DNA of 64,000 nt from Macrostomum lignano (lineage: Eukaryota), in the NCBI GenBank assembly GCA_002269645.1, contig NIVC01000566.1:434001-498000 (forward strand), in the 5' to 3' direction. The position numbers and the translations under genes are program-made. The notes below the pieces were generated by a model. That model was not told the origin of the DNA. It was given only the letters and a program-made list of their open reading frames with translations, and ran no database searches. Shown piece by piece: positions 58,415-64,000 of this stretch (its first letter is position 1; each line of letters starts with the position of its first letter).

Positions 58415-58907
58415 CGCTGGAGCAATAATATTAATTTTACTATATTATTTTTGTAACCAAAAGTGAAAGATTTCATGCTACCGAGGGTCGAACCCTATAT
58501 CAAAATACCCTGAAATTTCCCTAAACATTGAGTCTAAAATACTCGAACAGAAAATTTCGTAAATAACCAGAGACCTTTACAAATCCTGCTATCATTGGGA
58601 AGCTTGTATTAAGGAGCGGGGATCGTGCTGTGAAACTAACTTGCGGTTAAAAATATTTATTATGTATTTGCGCTGAATGTAATATTACAAATTCCTTAAG
58701 GCCTTTTTCACACTGCTCTATGTTCATAGGTTTCATGCGCATTGTGAGAAACATCGTGTACAATTGTGACTTTTGTGCAACGTTGCGTTGCTTAAATCCC
58801 ATCTAGTGTGCAGGGTGACCACAGTGCAGAGTATTGAAGGAGGTCTTTAGGCTTTAGACAATGACTTAGATTGTCATAAAAAACTAAAGGCGTACTGCTT
58901 TTATTTT

Positions 58908-59485
58908 GCAATTGTATGTATATTCACTCATTTCAGCTGACAATCAAACCAATTGTATGAATACTCACTCATTTCAGTTGCCAATCAAACCAATTGTATG
59001 TATATTCACTCATTTCAGTTGCCAATCAAACCAATTGTATGTATATTCACTCATTTCAGTTGCCAATCAAACCAATTGTATGTATATTCACTCATTTCAG
59101 TTGCCAATCAAACCAATTGTATGTATATTCACTCATTTCAGTTGCCAATCAAACCAATTGATGTATATTCACTCATTTCAGTTGCCAATCAAACCAATTT
59201 TATGTATATTCACCCATTTCAGTTGCCAATCAAACCAATTTTATGTATATTCACTCATTTCAGCTGACAATCAAACCAATTTTATGTATATTCACCCATT
59301 TCAGTTGCCAATCAAACCAATTGTATGTATATTCACCCATTTCAGTTGCCAATCAAACCAATTTTATGTATATTCACTCATTTCAGTTGCCAATCAAACC
59401 AATTGTATGTATATTCACCCATTTCAGTTGCCAATCAAACCAATTTTATGTATATTCACTCATTTCAGTTGCCAATCAAACCAAT
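58908..59485. repeat. 41 bp minisatellite, about 14 copies
   Basis: Unit TTGTATGTATATTCACTCATTTCAGTTGCCAATCAAACCAA. Confidence 0.95.
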
Positions 59486-59521
59486 CATCCGACCTCAGTT
59501 TTTGTAATTTTTCTTTTTAAG

Positions 59522-62000
59522 CTTGTAAAATTCGAGAAGCCTGAATCCAAGAAGCCTGAGAGCTACCTATAAAAAATTGCTCAACACCAACGCTGCATCA
59601 AGCAGCAACTGAAAGGCTCCTTTGACCAAATTGAGCGTGCAGCAAGCTGTCTTCAAAAGATAAGAGTCAGCAAAAAGTCAGCAAAGAAGTCAAACTTTGC
59701 AGACATTGTCATTGAAAAGCAGACTAAAGTTGCTAAGCTTCGACGGACTTTAGTGGAGAAAGAGCTCATCATCACAAGCGAGTGGGAACAGTTAGAGAGC
59801 CTGCTAGGAGAGGTGGCGTGTGCACCACCCGATGATAGTGGACAACACACCTCAAAACTCGTGGAAGAGGTATTCTGTGCAGGATATCAGCAATTCGACT
59901 TAAACAAAATGAAATGCCAAGGCAGAAGAAAATTTATAGCAACATCAGGTTGACTTTCTAACAATTGTAACAAAAATTGCTGGTACTGCAGAGCAGAGAG
60001 CAGAAATGGACTTTCTGCTACCTATCTCCCATTGCAGATCTAATAAAATAACTCCAAAAAAAGATTGGGCGCATTATGAATTACTACTGCCCTCGAAGTA
60101 AAAGGATATGACATAAGGAGAATATTTCTGCAATGCTTTCAAATTCTGTGGGACCTGAAGCTGTCCCATAAGTTTTTTTGTGTAAATTATTATTTATCAA
60201 TTGTACATATACTGTCTTTGAATGTCAATAATTATATGTGTGCATATTTTTGCAATAATCATGCTTGTACAAATTTAAATATACTTATGGATCAAAATTC
60301 TGTATGCTTTGAAATACTTTTTGGTTTTTTATCTTAAGTTGTACATTAGGTTTTAAGGTTTTAATTTTTTTATTTAGACCTTAGCAACCTGGTCTAAAAG
60401 ATCCTGATTTTAGACCTCAATGCAGAAGAGGAAGTCTGTTATACTGAAAATCACAAAAGGAAGGAGGAATTGGATGCATTGTGGTGGGAGATTGAACCAC
60501 ATCTCTATTCTACACTAGGCAAGTTTTACCAAAGCAGAATGAATTGCTGTCTTTGTGGCTCTACCAATGCAATATTTTGCTGTGTATTATGCTATCTGAT
60601 GGAAGTCTGTGAATCTTGTTTATAGCATCATCACAGGCATAGGCCTCTACATAGAGTAGAAAGTTAGAATTTTAGTACATATTTAAAGTGGTTTTTATTA
60701 TTCTCATATTTAATTATCAATAATCACTGCTCTAAGGAAGTGTTTTTCTTTATGAATAAGAGTTGTTCTATATAAAAACTCTTCATAAGCAATGCATGCA
60801 TGCAAGTTAGCCAATGGATACATTTGTTTCTATTTTTAACTCTCCTGCTATGTTAATTATTTTTTTCATCAAGATACACCAAAATTTTTGTGAAGGTAAA
60901 ATATTTGCAATTCATTTTAGAAAAACAAGATGCTAGCAATTGTAGAGGTATACCTATGCACAACTGTCTAAGGTTCATTAGTTTGGATTTTAGCCAGTGC
61001 AGGTATAATTGGAAAAACTATTGCAAACCAGGGCCATTGCAATTGAACTGATACTACATCTAGAATCAATAGTTGAACATGATGCAGCTTATTATATGTT
61101 TGCAGCCTGCAAGGAATTTGCCAAGTTTTGCTCTCTATTATGGAGTGATCCTAGGATAAATAGCTTTTCTTTCTTTCTAGTAAAAATTCAATATTGTTTT
61201 TCATCTGACCCTATTTAATTGTTAACCCTATATTTTTGTTACTAAAGTATATACACTTGTTAATCAGATTCACATCTTCAGGATCAAATTCTTTTGCAAT
61301 TTTAGATAAATGTTTACAGGATAATTGGCACCTTTGGAAGCATTGCAGCTTTTTTAACTATTAGAGAATGTTCAATGGTCAAGTAAAGCAGACTGTCCCA
61401 CTTGATTTATGGTTCCAAAAGTGCTATGCAAAGATTTTATCTTGGCCTAGGCCTATTACAATATTTGGTATTAGTGGTTTACACCTTTCAGGAAATTTTC
61501 CAATGTACACTAGAGTTCTTTTGGCAAAACTTTAGGTATATATACCAAGTATGCCAAAAAAATGAAAATGTGACTTTGTTAAATACAATAAAACTTCTAA
61601 ATTATGCAACCTCACTTAAGTACTGCAACAATAAAGGACATTTTTTCCATTGTTATGGTTAATGTTTATATGCACATAATCAATATCTAAATTCTTTAAA
61701 AATAGCACTATCACATTCAATTAATATTTTTATTCTTTTCATTTGCATTTATGTTGCCTCTTAACTGTTTACCTTTCTCTTTGAAATGTTCTATCTTTCA
61801 TTACAGAAACTGGAAGATAGGCTACTTGCATCTATTTTTAAGTTGCTTTTTATATCACTTTTTTGTACACCAAATACAACTTTTTAAGATTCAAGCATGC
61901 CAAATTTGCATGCCAATGAACTGAGTATAAAGGGCTAATGCATGCCAGAAAATTCTGGCATACAAGACATTTTACTGACTATGGCCTGGGTGGTTTAGAG
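59522..62000 (+). pseudogene. Decayed, spliced transposase-like gene, probably KDZ-type with a CxC cysteine cluster
   Basis: Coiled-coil exon from 59522. 60420-60668 reads LWWEIEPHL..CCLCGSTNAIFCCVLC....VCESCL*HHHRHRPLHRVES*; about 61080-61160 reads MQLIICLQPARNLPSFAL. Many in-frame stops. Confidence 0.45.
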
Positions 62001-64000
62001 TTTAAAACCCTAAAGCAAATTGATGGCATCTAATGAAAAAAGCAAAATATAAGAGCCCTATTAAAACATTGACATTGGTGACCATTTTGGATAAAAGTAC
62101 AACACTTAAAAATAGTTTTATCAAAATATAAAAATAAATTTAACTTAGATTAGAATAATAAATAATAATCTTCTGATTCTATGCTATAATAAACAAAGCC
62201 ATAGCAAAAATAGGCTTAAGCCTAGTGTATTGTCTTGGCTAAAAGCATAAAGATATATAGGCCTATGCCTATGTCCTAACTAAATATAATTATAAATTAT
62301 ATTACTTGATAATTAGGTCAAAGCATCATGTAATACATAGTTAAAAGTTATTGCCTGAACTAAAGTGTAATGGGTATTATGATATAGTCTACAAGCTAAA
62401 ATGTTAATAATTCAAAAACTTTATAAGAAGTAATGCACAGAGAATTGATGTTTATCATGAATTCAAGCTTCACACAAATCAATCTATTACTTTGATTTAG
62501 ACAGTGTAAATTTTGTAGATTTAATAACTCAGTCATAATCATTGACTAGCTGTGCTATGAGTCAAGATGATCATCACAAAAGGAAGCAAGAAGTATGACA
62601 CATAGTGCTCAAGCCGTCAGCTACCCTAAACCCTACTATCTAAATGCAGACAAATTTGGTCCAACTAGAAGAGGTAATATGCACTCTATCACTCTGCTCT
62701 AATGCATCTAGTGCATCATCTAATGTGCTTTAGTAGCTACAATAGTGGCAATTTAAATTCTTGTTTGGACTATTTTTTTATTTAATTGGCAATTTTATCA
62801 AATAGTCATTCATAGAAATTGAGAGTGTTTTAAGGTTTTTCCTTATATTAGCATCAGCTATTTATTAGGCCCTAGAGTGAATAGAATAGAATTGTATAGG
62901 TCTAATGGTTTGGTATCAAGTGTCTATATCTAGATTAGGCCTAACCATTGTAAGATTATGGTTAGGCCAGATAGCTCAAACTTCTAGGCCCTAATATTAA
63001 AGAAAAGAGCATTGGATAGGCCTATAGCCTAGGGTTAAGATTAGAACATAATTTGGCATTACATTTATCATTGCTTTTAGAATATTCTCATTCCTAGCAA
63101 CACTTAATCCTAGACTTATTAGGTGTATCCATTGTTATTTTTTGGAATTTAAAAAGTAAGAACATATAGAAAGTAATTGCAATCAGGTAAAAATAATGGT
63201 CTAGAAAGTCTAGAAAGTAATTCTATAAGAAAATTGAAGAATTTGTGAAGATAAAAAGAGGATTTTTGATGGATATTATAAAAAATTGTTATAAAGAGAT
63301 ATATGTTGAGCTATCAACTTGTTTAGTTAGAGATATTTTCTATAATTGTTTATATTATATGAAAGATTTTTTATTTTGACTTTAAAGTAATTAAAGGAAA
63401 GTTGAAATTTTATAACTAATTAGATACATACATGCGCAACCTCCAAAATTCTGTCGGCCGTGCGACTTAGTTTTAACAAAAATGCGACATAGTTTTTTGG
63501 CTAAAAATGCGACTTACATTTTAAAAAATCCTAAAGCAAAATTAACGCAACTTAGGGTAAACGGCAGGAGTAACTATGACTGTCTTATTAGGCCAAAATG
63601 CCTCGTCAGCTACTTAGTATTACTACTTGGGTGTTTTTTGGGTGGGCATTTTTGCAACTTCTTTGATTGGCCGCCAAATCGGTCGGCCGGATCGGCCGAC
63701 TCGGCCGACTGTTGCGCATGTATGATTAGATAGATAAAGATAAGTTAGATAACTATATTGAATAAAGAAACATTACTTGAGCCTAAAGCTTATATATAGC
63801 CTCATACTTATTCATAACATGAATACTGTTTCTTAGGCAAAATATCAATGTGTTCTGTTTTATTCAACTTAAATTAACACATCTATCAATATTTATATTA
63901 GTTTGCTGCATTAGCAAACTTCTATGCCAAAATCCATATGCATTTTTGGTCTATTTGTAAAAGATAATAACAAGATAAATGATGATTATTTATAATATAT

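Noticed and set aside
58906-59572. Repetitive ORFs in several frames
   Set aside because: Artefact of the 41 bp minisatellite.

Overview
Eukaryotic (invertebrate animal) genomic DNA with spliceosomal GT-AG introns, GC-rich exons and dense repeats. The style resembles a free-living flatworm such as Macrostomum, but this is an impression and was not verified. Left half (1-33 kb): an accessory, transposon-rich region. It holds an apparently intact fibrinogen-domain (FReD) gene running off the left edge and a frameshifted FReD paralogue broken up by insertions, a GT32 glycosyltransferase, an orphan class A GPCR, a MULE-like element (PHD + FLYWCH), a TIR element carrying a BEN-domain ORF, and a 2.3 kb solo LTR. 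It also holds a full-length, uninterrupted ingi-like LINE (14 bp TSD; 3 PHD-APE-RT-RNaseH). The 5' end of this LINE folds into a complete HDV-like ribozyme that is followed in frame by a 2A (StopGo) peptide, which is the best-supported notable finding. Right half (37-59 kb): four conserved or probably conserved genes (HSPBAP1, MFSD6, PRORSD1, FAAP100-like). Each carries its own unrelated minisatellite; one is an array of CCAAT + ETS motifs and one is a hairpin array. A Harbinger derivative and tRNA-derived SINEs are also present. The right end is a nearly CpG-free domain with a decayed, probably KDZ-type transposase. All translations, alignments and counts were done by eye; no database search was run.
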